63,528 nucleotides of DNA, taken from Psammoneis japonica (taxonomy: Eukaryota). The translations under genes and the position numbers were made by a program. The notes under the pieces were generated by a model. That model saw nothing but the letters and a program-made list of their open reading frames with translations. It did not search any database and had not been told where the DNA came from. Each line of letters begins with the position of its first letter. The stretch's first letter is position 1. Positions 37,601-50,263 of the stretch are shown here, piece by piece. The stretch covers positions 744,001 to 807,528 of the forward strand of contig QPGO01000009.1 of the NCBI GenBank assembly GCA_008632985.1, read 5' to 3'.

Positions 37601-40499
37601 AAATGAGTTGATTAAAATCAGAGGCACTGAGATGCACCTGTTTGGTTGTCAAAAAACAATTTTTCAGGAGCACGCATTCAATGCATGCATCATTTCTCAC
37701 AGAATTGCAGATGTCAAATTTCACCCTCTTGCACTCGCGAGAAAATCAGGTGTCATTTTGGGGGCCTGTGCAATTCAACTGTACAAACATGTTCAATGTT
37801 GCACCTGGGTCACATCCAAACAAACCGCCAAGCAAACTCACAAGGACGCATCTGTGCATGGCTCACAAATGGACAGCTTGCCAAGTTTTGTTTTTGTTGT
37901 GAAGTGCAAACCAGCCAGCAGAGCCTTTTTTGATGCACATGATGACACCCCAGCATGCCATGTGAACCAAGCATTTGCCTTGCCCAAAAATTTTGCCATT
38001 GTGCTGTGTGCATGCATGCAGCCCACATTCAGCCTCTGTGCTGCAACATCACAATGAGACCGGTTTTGGTGCATTTTGTCAAATCAGCCATTTGTTGAAA
38101 CCACCAGCATTGGGGACCAAGGGTGGCCCACATCATGGCCAGATGAACTGACTTTCCCGCAGCTTCCTTTTGCTGTGATTTGTTGAGTGTTTGAAAAAAC
38201 AGCTTTCCGATGTCAGCGCCCACAAAAACATCCACAATGCCCACAATTTGCCAATCACCACCCAAGCTGAAAAAAAATTTTCCTCCAATTGAGCAGAAAC
38301 TCAATGTTGGCTTTCGTGTGATCATGGGTTTTGGCCTGCATGGTGAGACTTTTTCCCCAGAGGTGGATCTTGGATCTGGATCTTGGATTTTGGAGCAGAG
38401 ATCAAGATGATGCAGCACCTGCCCACGCACATTGCTTGGCCTTGTTTGAGCCATTCTTCTTCATTTTTGTTCATTGCAGACATGGACATTGCTTTGAGGA
38501 GGTTGACTGGCCAGGTGAGGCCCTTCTTGGTTTGGCAAGAAACGGTGTTGTGGTTTTGTGGCAATCAAGGGTCTTTTTGCTGGTGTCTTCCATTTCTGAG
38601 CAGAAAAACCCATGCTCTGATGTTCATTTGTTCCTGTTGCCTCCTCTGATGATGCCCATTGCTGTCATTGACTGACCACAGCCATGAAAAGTTTCCCCTG
38701 TCTTAGCCATGCTGTCGTTTGTCGGAAGCAATGCACATTCAACATCGATGTTTCAGCGCATCATTGCTGTCCAGCGCTGATGATCCCACCAATCCAGCCA
38801 AGGTCTTCTGTGCAGCAGCATCCAAAACAAAGGATGAGAGAGCAGCCAGCCACCTCCTTAGAGATGCAAACAATGCATCTGGCATTTCTTCTTGTTGTGC
38901 CTCTGTGGACCATTCCCTCATGTCGTTTTCGGTGTGTTCTCTCGGCGAGTCAAAAGGTAAAAGTGCTTGTCATGCTTTCTCTTTGACTCATTTCATTGCA
39001 CCTCAATGGCTTGCACATTCACTTTAGACTGTGCGCAAATCTTCCAGGGTGTTGAGAAAGCAGTCAGCACGAGTGTGAGTGAATTGACTGCCACAAATCA
39101 AGTTGGCTGCTTTTGCTTTCTTTGTGTGCATTTCGGTTGCAGTGCGTCATCCCCATTGCTTCATTTGCACCGAATTAGCTGTGACATTTGCCACAAATGA
39201 CATGTCAATTGTCCATGCAACAAACACAATGTTGCACTGGGTCCAAAAGTTCTTTGGACAGCAGGAGTGACCCGCCACCTCCGACAACAACGCCCGAGTG
39301 TGCACAGTGCATCCAAAAACTGCGGTGCTCCGGCCTCTTGTGCTGTGCCTCCAAGACCGCAAATTGCAGCAGATTGGATGTGTGTCACGTCACAACGACC
39401 CAAAGCAATGATGGATGCCCCATTTTGACATTCTGCATTGTTTCCAGCCCCACGAGCGACCCGCCACCTCCGGCAACAATGACCAAGTGTGTCCAAAAAA
39501 TGCAGTGTTCCAGCCAATTGCTGCACCTCCAAGACCGCAAACTGCAGCAGATCGAATGTGTGTCTCGTCATGATGACCCAAATCGATGATGGATGCCCTG
39601 TTTTGACATTCTGTGTCGTTTCTGGCCCCACAAGCAACCGGCAACCAACGACCAGAGAAAACAAAAAACCTCCATGTCCATCTAAATGCCAAAGAAACAC
39701 AAAACCTTTGGAAGATTCCAACAAAACAGCTGCACCACCAAACTCAGCGCACTTGAATTGCCTTGCACCAATGTCATTGATGCCAAAACATCGTCCCACT
39801 GATGGACGATTTTAATGAATGGAGCCAAGTTGTGGAGAAAACAACAACCACCTTGCCCACACAAATGCAAAAGAAACTCAAAAGATTTTGAAGATGCCAA
39901 CAAAAACAAAACAATGTCATGTTCGCCACGTTCCAATTGCCTTGTGCCAATGCTCTCACTGCTGTGACATTGTCCCAGTTGCGGTGCACTCATGAACGGA
40001 GCTGTGCCGCAATGGTGCATGTTCTTGCCTTTTTTCTCGGAATGAGTTTCGCTCGCACGAGTGAGTCGTCCAGTCACTTTTTTGAGGTTGTGGGCCAAAC
40101 GCGTAGAAAAAAAGCATCGTGATTCAATGCCTCCCCACAAATGAGTCAATGTCCAACGCATTTGCTGTGATTTGTTGAATGTCTAAAAAAATGGCATTCC
40201 GATGTCAATGCCCACAAAAACATGCACAATGCCCACAATTCGCAAATCAATGCCCAAGCTCAATGCATTCTTCCTTGACTCTCATCAGGCAGGAACTCAA
40301 CGCCTCCCAATCAACAAACACATGTCCAACGCTTGAAGCTAGCCCACCCACAGTGATTGCAGCCATTGCGCTGCTGAAACCATGTCAATTGTCATTGAAC
40401 CTGCAGCACGTCACTCGTCACCTTCTTCTCAATTCATGTGTTCCTTTTAAACTGCGCATTCTTCAGCCACAATCCAGATGATCGATGACATCAACACAA

Positions 40500-41745
40500 G
40501 GCAAAAATCCAAAGCAGACAATCTCCTGCGATCTGACAATGCCAGGCTGCAGAAGAAGCAATGACACATCTCTGGGGTGTCGTTTGACTCTGATGACACC
40601 TCTGAGGAGCTTGAGCGACAGAAAATGATGCGGGAATTAGAGGAAGCGAGGAAAAAAGTACAAGAGCTTTTGGCGGTCGGCGAGCAAAGCGGTCAACAAC
40701 AAGTGGTGCAAGTGTCATCAGCATCAAGAAGTGATGAGCCGCCTCCGACTGCAACCGACAAAGAAGCGCCAAATGACACAGATGCTCAAAATGACATTCG
40801 TCCACCCAGTCCAACCCCATCCACCGGGTGAAGTGGAAGACAACGTCTTGAGGTCCTCAGAGGATGCACACAGATTGATGAATCCAAGTTTCTCTGCCGG
40901 TGACGACAGATCATTCAAAGAACTTGGTGGCAAAGTGTTGAAAGTTTCAAGTGCTCTGGTTGTCATCAACACGCAACGGCTTTTTGTTTGCAGGAGTGGG
41001 GATCTGTGTCACCAAATTCGCTTCCGACCATGTGCAAGAGAAACTCAACGATGTGGTGCAGTTCGGCCTGGAAATTGCCAGTCACATGCTGCTTTGTGTC
41101 GGTGAACCTCACGCTGAACATGACGTCTTTTGTCCTTTCCTGGAGAAGAGGGGTGGCTTTACGTTGACATGCTGAAAGAAAGGACAGAAAAGGAATGGAT
41201 GACCGTGTTTCACACCCAATGTTCAATGGCCGTTGGAGCAACGGCTGACTCACGTGCAACGATGCACCGTCTCCACCGCCAACTCAAAAGCCATCGCCAC
41301 ATCGGACTGCGCCGCCGACTCCCAACCCCTCACCACCGCCAACTCTACCACCGACTCACAACCCTTCTCCGCAACCGGTGCCTCCGACACCGCCTTCATC
41401 TGCAACTAGAAATTTGATTGCGGACACATTGACAGCTTTTGATGGGGGTGCGTCGCTCCAAGACGCCTCTTCGCCGCAACCTCTAGCCTCGATGTGGTTG
41501 GAAGGAAGCGCATTTTTCGGTTCTTATAGATCATCGAAAGATACAACGATTTGTACTTGCCAGCTTGTGCTACACGCCAGTGGTGACAGTGGGTGGAATG
41601 CCGTAAGGGGTCGTGGTTGAGTGGCAGCAACGCTTGCAAATGGGATGGTGTTTTGCAAGTTGACAAGCTGTTCTTTTTGCTCAATCGGTTGGAAGGAACG
41701 ATACCACGAAAGCTTGGCTTACTGTCCAACTCATTACGAGGTACA
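40500..41745 (+). pseudogene. LRR membrane-protein pseudogene B
   Basis: Copy of 28250-29480; WLSGSNACKWDG and NRLEGTIPRKLGLLSNSL are recognisable. Confidence 0.8.
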
Positions 41746-42180
41746 TTGAATTTTGATTCTCTGTTGTCAATGCAATTGAGCTTGCTGATAAGTCTGCCAT
41801 ATAGTGATATTTGTGACGATGAAGAAAGGGAGACGAGAGGCGACACGACTCTACGAGAGAACCACAACTCGCCAAAATCTTCAACCCAAAGACCGACTCA
41901 CAAAAGAAGGCGGTCAGCAAACGGCGGTCAACTCGAAAGGTCAAGAAATCGGCGACTTGCGTGATGCAAAGGATTGAAGAAACTGCTACAAGCAATCGAC
42001 TTTCTTCTGCTGAAATAGTATTTTCGCACGATTAAAATTTGTTCCTATTACTGCGTTGCTGCAGTGTCAAAATAAGCAACCGTATTTACTTTACGCATAC
42101 AGTACATCCCCGTCCCAGTCAGTTCGACGGCCACTACAAGGACGGATGAATCTCGCAGACAGATGGTATAGAGGGCGGGA

Positions 42181-44629
42181 CTATGTTTCCTCAACTCCTT
42201 GCTGCCGAAGTTCATGTATCCGCTGCTCAAGTACTTCTATTTCTCTGTGCAACCCAGCAGCGACACTATCTGCATCCTCAGCTTCTGACTGGGGCCGAAG
42301 TTCATGTATCCGCTGCTGAAGTACTTCTATTTCTCTGTGCAACCCAGCAGCGACACTATCTGCTTCCTCAGCTTCTGCTTGTATGGATAACTGGGAAAAG
42401 CTGTCATTGTTCTCAAGCAGAGCTAATTGAGCTTTAAGGTTCTCAATTTGCGCTTGCAACTCCTCATTAGTACGTGCAACTTCTCCTTGGACAATACGAG
42501 GCGTCTCGGGTTGCGAGAGCGTGGCTGGTCGCGTCCATTCACTAACCGCGGAGGGACACACGATACGATTGCGTTGTTCAACTCTTGGCCCATACACCGC
42601 AAAGGCCCCCACAATATCTTGCTGTCCATCCTCTTGTGGAGACACAATCCCTTGGTCCGTCGCCTGTGCTCGTATTTCCTCCGTTTGATAGGACATCGCC
42701 TGCTCTTCCGCTGATGTTTCCGGAGGTTCGCGGTCAGTCGGTGGCACACTAGCCGGCGTTTGTTCTCCTTGAATGGGGTGCTGCTCTTGACTCAGTTGCC
42801 GACATTTTCCCTCTTTCTCCGATACCAAGAGCCTCAAAGCGACATCTGATGAACCACCTTCATTTCTCTTTCCACTCCTCTTTTTCTTCCGCTTTTTCCC
42901 GGCATACTGGGAACTTTCTTGGGGATCTGGAGTCCTACTACTTGAAACAGATGCTTCTTCCGAGAGCACGGCCGGGTCTACATTGGATGAACCATATTGG
43001 TTGGCAGGGCGTCTGGTGCTGCTTGTTTTCCTTTCACGGTTTCGATGTCCCCTCCTCTTCATTGGCTTTCTTCCCGCTGAAGGATCCCCCGCCACCGCAT
43101 CCGTAGGTTCCAAATATCCGTCACCAGATGCGGCTGGCACAGTCGTCCCACTAGCAGGGAATGATGTCAATCCGCCAGTCGTCGTCGAAGCTCGACCACC
43201 AGACAGTACAATTGCAGGCGAGGACGTCGGTTCATCCGCAGCCGCTGGAGACGACTGGATGCTTTCGTGGGGAGCATTACTCGGTGATGGAGGAGATGCA
43301 ACGGGGGGATCCCGAAAGTACTCATGCGCCAGTTTCTCTTCTTGGAGTTTTTCTGCTAACTTCCGTCTCTCGAGAGCCAGCGCGCGACGTTCGTGTATAC
43401 TCAATGATGGCAAGTCCTTCTGGCGTTTCTCTATGTCTTCTTCCAGTTGTTTTTGAGATTTGTACTCCAGCCGTTCACAACGGTTGTTGACAAAGTCTAT
43501 CAGGTGCTTCGCGTCCGAGGCTCTCTGGGCTTCGTCTTCGGCGGCATGGTCGTAATCCACTTTGTCGATTTCATCCTGGCAAATTTCCTTCAGCCAATCA
43601 TGAAAAGCACGCGTTTCGCCTTTCTCTAAAAAAGATGACAGCGTAAGATCAACACATTAATGGCATCGTTTAGTTTCATTTCTGTTGGAGGATTCATCAT
43701 CAGCGAGAACTCACCGTCAATGATTGTATCCATGTCGAAACGTTGGAAATATCCACACCTGTGTATCAGGTCTTTCAGTTCTTTTTGAATATTTTCATTC
43801 AGCTCTTCAGCCTTTTTTGCACCTGCACTAGAAGGCAATCTCTTAAACTCTGCCACAGCCTTCTCCTTTTCGCGTGGTAGTTCCTTGTATGGTTTGTATC
43901 TTTCCATTTCACAAAGTGCTTTGAGGACTTTCAATTTTTCGTCACAAATCTCCATACGCTTGAAGACTTCGTCGGATGGGTCCTCCAGTTCAATTGCTTC
44001 CTTCTCCCTTTCGCAGGCCGCTATGGTTTTCTCCAATTCGGTTCGGGTTTCGAACGCGGGGACGTTACAAGCTAGACATTTTCCTTCCAGGACCTTCCCC
44101 TTTAGTGTTAGTGCTGTCTTTGTCTTTCGGAATTTTCCGGTTATCTTGAACGTTTTCGTTCCACATCCGGCACCAGCACACTTTCCTAGTGGGGTCATGA
44201 ACGAAGAACGAAGAACGAAGAAGCATTCAGTTCCGTGAAGAGTTCGCAAACAACTCGGCAAACACTCAATAACGACTCACCGGTCCTGACTTTTTTTTCT
44301 GCCTCCGACAGTAAGTTTACCATCTCTCTCTTGTTATTCTTTCTCGCACATAGCTTTGGCGTTCTAAAATGCTCGTCCTTGGCAAGAACATCTGCACCCC
44401 TTTTGAGCAGCAGCTTAGCTAATTCGATGCAGCCATTATGCGCAGCGTAGTGGAGTGCTGTCAGCTTTCTTCTGTTGCGTGCATTCACGTCATCCACGTG
44501 GCCCTTATCTTCCCACCAACTTTTCAACAACGTGTGCACCTTCTCTACCTCACCTTTCTTGGCATACGTGATGAGAGGCGTCTCGTCATGGTCGTCTCTT
44601 GCAATACTTGAAACCTCTGAAGTGCTCAT
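42181..44629 (-). pseudogene. Ankyrin/coiled-coil gene copy lacking the TIR domain, frameshifted
   Basis: Near-identical to 29918-32355. The 7-mer acgaaga is triplicated at 44201-44221 (+14 nt frameshift). Homology to copy A ends at 44688. Confidence 0.85.
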
Positions 44630-45226
44630 TCTTGCTGTCTCTTCCAAACGCACGTCGAATCGTCGAATAGAGTAATATTCTTTCTCGTTCCGTAAAGGAA
44701 GTGAGAAGAAGCAGACGAAATATCTTTTGTCTCTGCTTTTGCTATCAGCTCCCCCACTCTGCACGTTAGTTCACCCCCCTTCCACCGCATGTACGTCCTA
44801 TGAAACGTAAGTTTTCGTACAAAGCCGATGGCAACACCGGTTCTGCGGGCTTCCCCTTGTGAAGCACGAATGGACTTTTAGCCGCGATCGATGCGGGACT
44901 TGTGAATGCCATTTTTCGTACTTTCTCTATCATGCGTTTATATAAAATGATTAATTGAGAACTTATAACCTTCAGATAGTATGAGTAGTACTATCAATTG
45001 AAAACAGAAAAATAACTATTGCACTTTACGTATCTTGCAGTATGATATCTCCTTTTCCATACCGGGATTACTCAAAGGACTAAATAATGATTTTACGAAT
45101 ATAGCATTAAAGAGTTCCCGCCAAAAGCCACTTTTTCTTGTGACGCGCATTTATGAGCGCGTTATGCCAAAGAGGTGAAAGCGACGAACAACAGCAGGAA
45201 AGCAAAAAGCAAATCAATGCTGTACG

Positions 45227-48200
45227 ATGAACCCGACCGCTGGACAACCTAGTACAATTGCATCTCCCATAGTGTGCAGCCATCATTCGATGGTAGACGC
45301 CGGAAGAGGCAAAATCTCCAGGGTATCGTTTGAGCAGGGCAACCAAGAGACTATGGAAAACAATCCCTCTACTGCAGGCAATAACGCGCTCAAGCGAAGC
45401 AAGCGGACAACGCATCGGAAATCATACAAATTGATCAGAAAAAGTGACAAACAAAAGGGTCCAAAACATCCAACAGTCGAATTTTGCAGAAGTAAGACAT
45501 CTAAAGAATTGGGGCCACCGTCGTTATCAACAGACTCAAGCAGTGGCAGTCGATCAGACACGAGTGCGGCTACGCCAGCTACTTCTGCAAAGGACGACGA
45601 TGTCACGCAACGCCAAGCTCTTACGACCGAGGATAAGGAACAAGGTGACAAGTCGCCTCCCACTACAAACAGTGAGGAAAAGCAAAGCATTGCAGATTCG
45701 CAAAGCACACCAAGTGAAATCGAATCCCACGCATCATCGGACATTCCAGATCAAAATCTGTGTCAAAGGTTTTGTAATTGGTTGGAGACAATGACCTTCA
45801 AAGAAAGATGTGCGTTGATTAGCGGACTCACCACAATCGCCGTCGTCGGGGCGGTCGTTGGCCTGTGGGTTGGATTGACGGGCGGCACCGGAAACAAGAC
45901 TACCACGGAACGAGCAACCGGATTGGAAATATTTTTGGTTGGTCTGAACACCACATTTGATGACGAAGATTCTGAATTATGGGCAACCACAACTAAGGAC
46001 TTTGTGGAAGCCCATTTCAACGATCGTCGCCGGCGTTTACGTGGTTTGCTGAACACCAGTGTAAAAGACGTGGAGACCACCTTGAAAATAACAAACACAA
46101 CAGTCGTGCAGGGTGACAATGGTACTGATTCTTTGCGTGTCACTTACAACCAGAATTTCACTTTTGCGACCTCTGAGAGCGCCTCGGTGACGATTGAAGA
46201 CTTGGTGAATGGGCCATTTAATACGAATGCAAGCAGATTTTCATACATGGACAAACTTACGGAAGCTGGTAGGATGGCAGGAAGTGACGTCTTTAATAAT
46301 TTGGTTGGAATAAGCCAAGTACCCGCAAGCGCTAGTCCCACGGAGTCTCCATCCTCCTACAACTCAACCCAGAGCCCTTCTTCTCTACCTCCATCAGTGA
46401 CAGAGAAACCCTCTGTGGCGCCCCAGTCAGGAGTTTCCCTGTCACCTTCTCAGGTTTCTTTAATCCCGACAAAGTATCCGTCCATTGATCCCTCGACGAC
46501 TCATCACTCTTTTCTTCCGACAATTTCTCAAGCTCCGACGACTTCGACATCATCCAACTTAACGCCCAATCCATCTCAAGCCACCGCTCCACCGCACACC
46601 GGTTTTCCATCTCAAGACACTCTTCAGCCATCATCACCGACTGCACCGCCCACTTCATTTCAAGCCACCTCACCACTTACTGGTGCTCCATCTCGAGCCA
46701 CTCCTCGGCCAACTCCGCCACCATCTTCACTCACAACTGTACCAACGCCTCCAACTCCACCACCGTCTCAACCTTCGACTCCCGTGCCGACTCCCGTATC
46801 GACTCTACCACCGTCTCCACCGCAAACTCAAAAGCCATCGCTGCGACCGAATCCGCCAACAACTCAAGAGCCATCGGTAACAGCGACTCCACCACCGTCT
46901 CCACAGCCAACTCCAAAGCCATCGGTAAGAGCAACTCCACCACCGTCTCCACCGCCAACTCCAAAGCCATCGGTACCACCGACTCCACCACCGTCACCAC
47001 AGCCAACTCCAAAGCCATCGGTACGACTGACTCCGCCACCGTCTCCACCTCCAACTCCAAAGCCATCGGTAAGACCGTCTCCACCTCCAACTCCAAAGCC
47101 ATCGCCACCTCCGACTTTGCCGCCGACTCCCAACCCCTCACCACCGCCAACTCTGCCACCGACTCCCAACCCATCTCCGCCTCCGATGGCGGCTTCATCT
47201 GCGACTCATAATTTGATTACGGATACATTGGGTGCTTTTAATGGGGCTGCGTCGCTCCAAGACGAGTCCTCGCCGCAATCTCGAGCCTTGGCGTGGCTGG
47301 AAGGAAGCCCATTTGTCGATTCCTATCCAGACTCGCGTAAGATACAACGATTTGTTCTTGCTACCTTGTACTACAGCACCAGTGGTGATAGTTGGTTTCA
47401 TAAGGACTCGTGGTTGAGTGACGGCAACGAGTGTGGAGGGTGGAATGGTGTGCGGTGCGACACCAAGGTACAAGTTGACTTTCTGTACTTTGGAGGCAAT
47501 CGGTTGGAAGGAACGATACCACCAGAGCTTGGCTTACTGTCCAATTCATTACGAGGTACGTTGAACAGTTGTTACTCTTTTGTGTGTACTCTTTAGCTAA
47601 CCGTATTGTGGTTTCGTCTTGGTCCTGCTTGCATGCGTCGCAGCTGGTTTGTTCCTAGAAAACAACGATTTGTCGGGCACTATTCCAACGGAGCTCGGTT
47701 TGTTGACAAATCTTGGTGAGCACAGTGCAGCATGTATGATACACGTTTCTACGCGGATTTGACGTTTACTGTTTACTCTTTTTTCCGAATCTGCACAGAG
47801 GACATAAGACTTCCGAAAAACAACCTTGCGGGAACAATTCCTGCTGAACTTTCAAGGTTGGACTATCTAAGTGAGTATTATTTTAAATGAAGTTGTAAAG
47901 AAGTATTTTATTGCTTCTTTCTCATGGTTCGATTCCTGTTTTCCCCTTTTCCGCAGAGCTTTTGGACCTGGCTGACAATGACCTTACAGGCACCATACCT
48001 GAATACTTGACAAGAATGGGACGACTAGGTGAGAGCATGTTGTGATGACAACGAGAATAGCCTCACATTTTACCTGATTCTCTTATATTCTAACTCACGC
48101 ACACTCCTCCGTGCACATTTCTTGTTTTCCAATTACACGCTAAACACAGAACATTTGGAAGTTTGGGGTAACAACTTTTCAGGGGGGTTTGTGTGCCCAG

Positions 48201-48262
48201 ATTCCATCTCTACTTGTTACATCTCGTGCGCGAAGGCATGGCCGGCTTGTCGCCAGTGGTGA
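45227..48262 (+). CDS. Type II membrane LRR protein with Pro/Ser/Thr-rich stalk; exons 45227-47555, 47644-47715, 47799-47870, 47957-48028, 48150-48262
   Basis: TM segment IAVVGAVVGLWVGL; PTPKPS repeats; LRR N-cap SPQSRALAWL...QRFVLATLYYST...WLS...C..W.GV.C; four GT-AG introns splice in frame, giving LxxNxLxGTIPxEL repeats. Confidence 0.92.
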
Positions 48263-48387
48263 AAGGTTCCTACTTCTACAATGAATGCTTCATGTACAGT
48301 CGTGTAGAGCCCAGCCACACCTTGTTTAAGTTTCGACTTTTTGAGAGATTGAATCCGTCAATCGCTACAGCTTGTACGCCAGACTCT

Positions 48388-48645
48388 AAAGAGCTTTCCC
48401 TTTCAGGTACCATGAATCAGTCATGATTTTTGGGCGACCAACCCATGCGGTTGTGCGAATGAAACGCCAAAACACAAAAAATCTTAAAATTTTTCCTTGA
48501 TTGTACTATACTTTCCACTACGTTCTCTACAGATCCATCACTACTTCTGTTGTTGTTCCACTTTACTACTTCTAGACCACTAATTTATGCGGGCAGCATG
48601 CTTTGCACACAATTCGATATTTCGATAGATGCCGGTTGCTCTTGT
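48388..48645 (-). repeat. Diverged tandem copy of the DHHC gene's last 20 codons and 3' UTR
   Basis: Aligns to 48665-48903; encodes [19 protein letters not shown] versus [19 protein letters not shown]. Confidence 0.85.
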
Positions 48646-48842
48646 GCTATCGCTAGAGACTCTCAAGAGCTTTCCGAATCAGTCATGATTATTAGGCGAA
48701 CAATACACATGCGGTTGTGTGAATGAAACGCCAAAACAAAAAGCTCAAGAGCTTTCCTTGATTGTATACTTGCACTACACGTTCTGTATCGATCCATCAC
48801 TACAACGCACTGTTCCACTATAATACTACTACTTATCATTAT

Positions 48843-50263
48843 TTACACGGGCAACATGCTTTGCACACAATTGGATAATTCAATCGATGCCGGTTTTTCT
48901 TGTACATCCGGCGGTGTTTGTTCTTGCAATTGCAATTCTCTTGCCAACCGTTGTGGCATGCTGTATCCCATGACGACATCGTAATCGTCAAAGACGGGAT
49001 CAATCGGTACAATCCACGTGTGGTATCCACCAATGCCAAACACGTGTTGCAAGGGAATGGGTTCTTCATCCGATGAATTCATGGTGTTGGTGGCCTTTTT
49101 CTTGAGTCGATCGATAGTTCCAATCCCCGTCATGATGCCATAACAGACATTCATGAGCATGCTGGATGTGAATAAAAAGGCTCCCACGCACAAAATTGTC
49201 ATGACGCGGACCAAATGTACCAACAAGGGATGAAAGGTACAATCCTCATCGGCACAAAAAAAGTAATTGACGCCAAACAAACTCAGTGCGTATGCGGCAC
49301 ACGTCCATGTGTAGAGTAAAAACAAACAAAAGTGTTCTGCGAGTATGAAAAGAGAGAGAGAGAGAGTAGAGAATGGGATTGTGAGTTGAGAACAACATAC
49401 TACACTAGCACATCACAGTTTTCATCAAACAAATACTCACTCAAATTCCCCGCTCCGACACAATTGTTCATCCACGGGCAGTGATGATCCATTCGTGACA
49501 CGCATCGATTGCATATCTGTGTGTGTGTAGTAGTAGAGATAGAGAGAGATGAGTTGGGATTGTACAATGCAAAACTCACAAACCAAAAACATGACGATAC
49601 GGACCCTACAATGATGCGAGGATGGTGGTTTGTACGTTTGACACTGTCCACACATGCTGTGGCTTTGATTTTGTTTCAACAAGGATTCACACGGCACGGC
49701 CGCACGGGGAACCGCACCGGGATCGGTAAAGGATGTCTTGGCGTGACTGGCCAACGCCATGGCTACCAAAAAGCAGTACAGCATGCCCCAAAAGGGTGCC
49801 AAACCTTCCGTCATGACCAACAAGGTGACCGTCACGGCAGAATACAACATTAATAACCACACGAGCGCCGCCATGATGGTTCCCGCTTGATCACCCGAAT
49901 TCATCCATGTGCCGTTCTGTGGAGTAGTTAGAGAGAGAGAGAAAGAGAGAGAGAAGTTGAGATTAGCGACACTTATGCAGCATACAAGTACACCGCTAAT
50001 CAATTCAAAAAACATCACGCTTCACACAAACACTATCACTACTACTCTGTCTCATGCTTCATACAACATACCTCTTCGTCTGTCCCAAAGGAGCATTTCC
50101 ACGGTTCTCCATTAAAGCTATCAATATAATATTCGCCACGTGATCGAATACGAGGCAAGGGTTTGCTCTTGATGTTGGGATCGGAATAATCATATTCAAG
50201 TTTTTCCTTGATTGGATCGTATCCACGGCCACACACGCGGGTGCAACAAGATGAAGACGACAT
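48843..50263 (-). CDS. DHHC protein S-acyltransferase (palmitoyltransferase); exons 50263-50072, 49916-49605, 49516-49441, 49336-48843
   Basis: TDPG motif; CxxCxxxKPxx[28 protein letters not shown] segments; GT-AG introns splice in frame. Confidence 0.95.

Larger units (their letters stand above)
39257..44688. repeat. Segmental duplication unit B (left about 2.5 kb hypermutated)
   Basis: Colinear with 27061-32406; also carries an internal duplication of about 190 bp at its left end. Confidence 0.92.

Noticed and set aside
46731..47198. Antisense Gly/Val-rich repeat ORFs
   Set aside because: Shadow of the Pro-rich stalk of the LRR gene on the plus strand.
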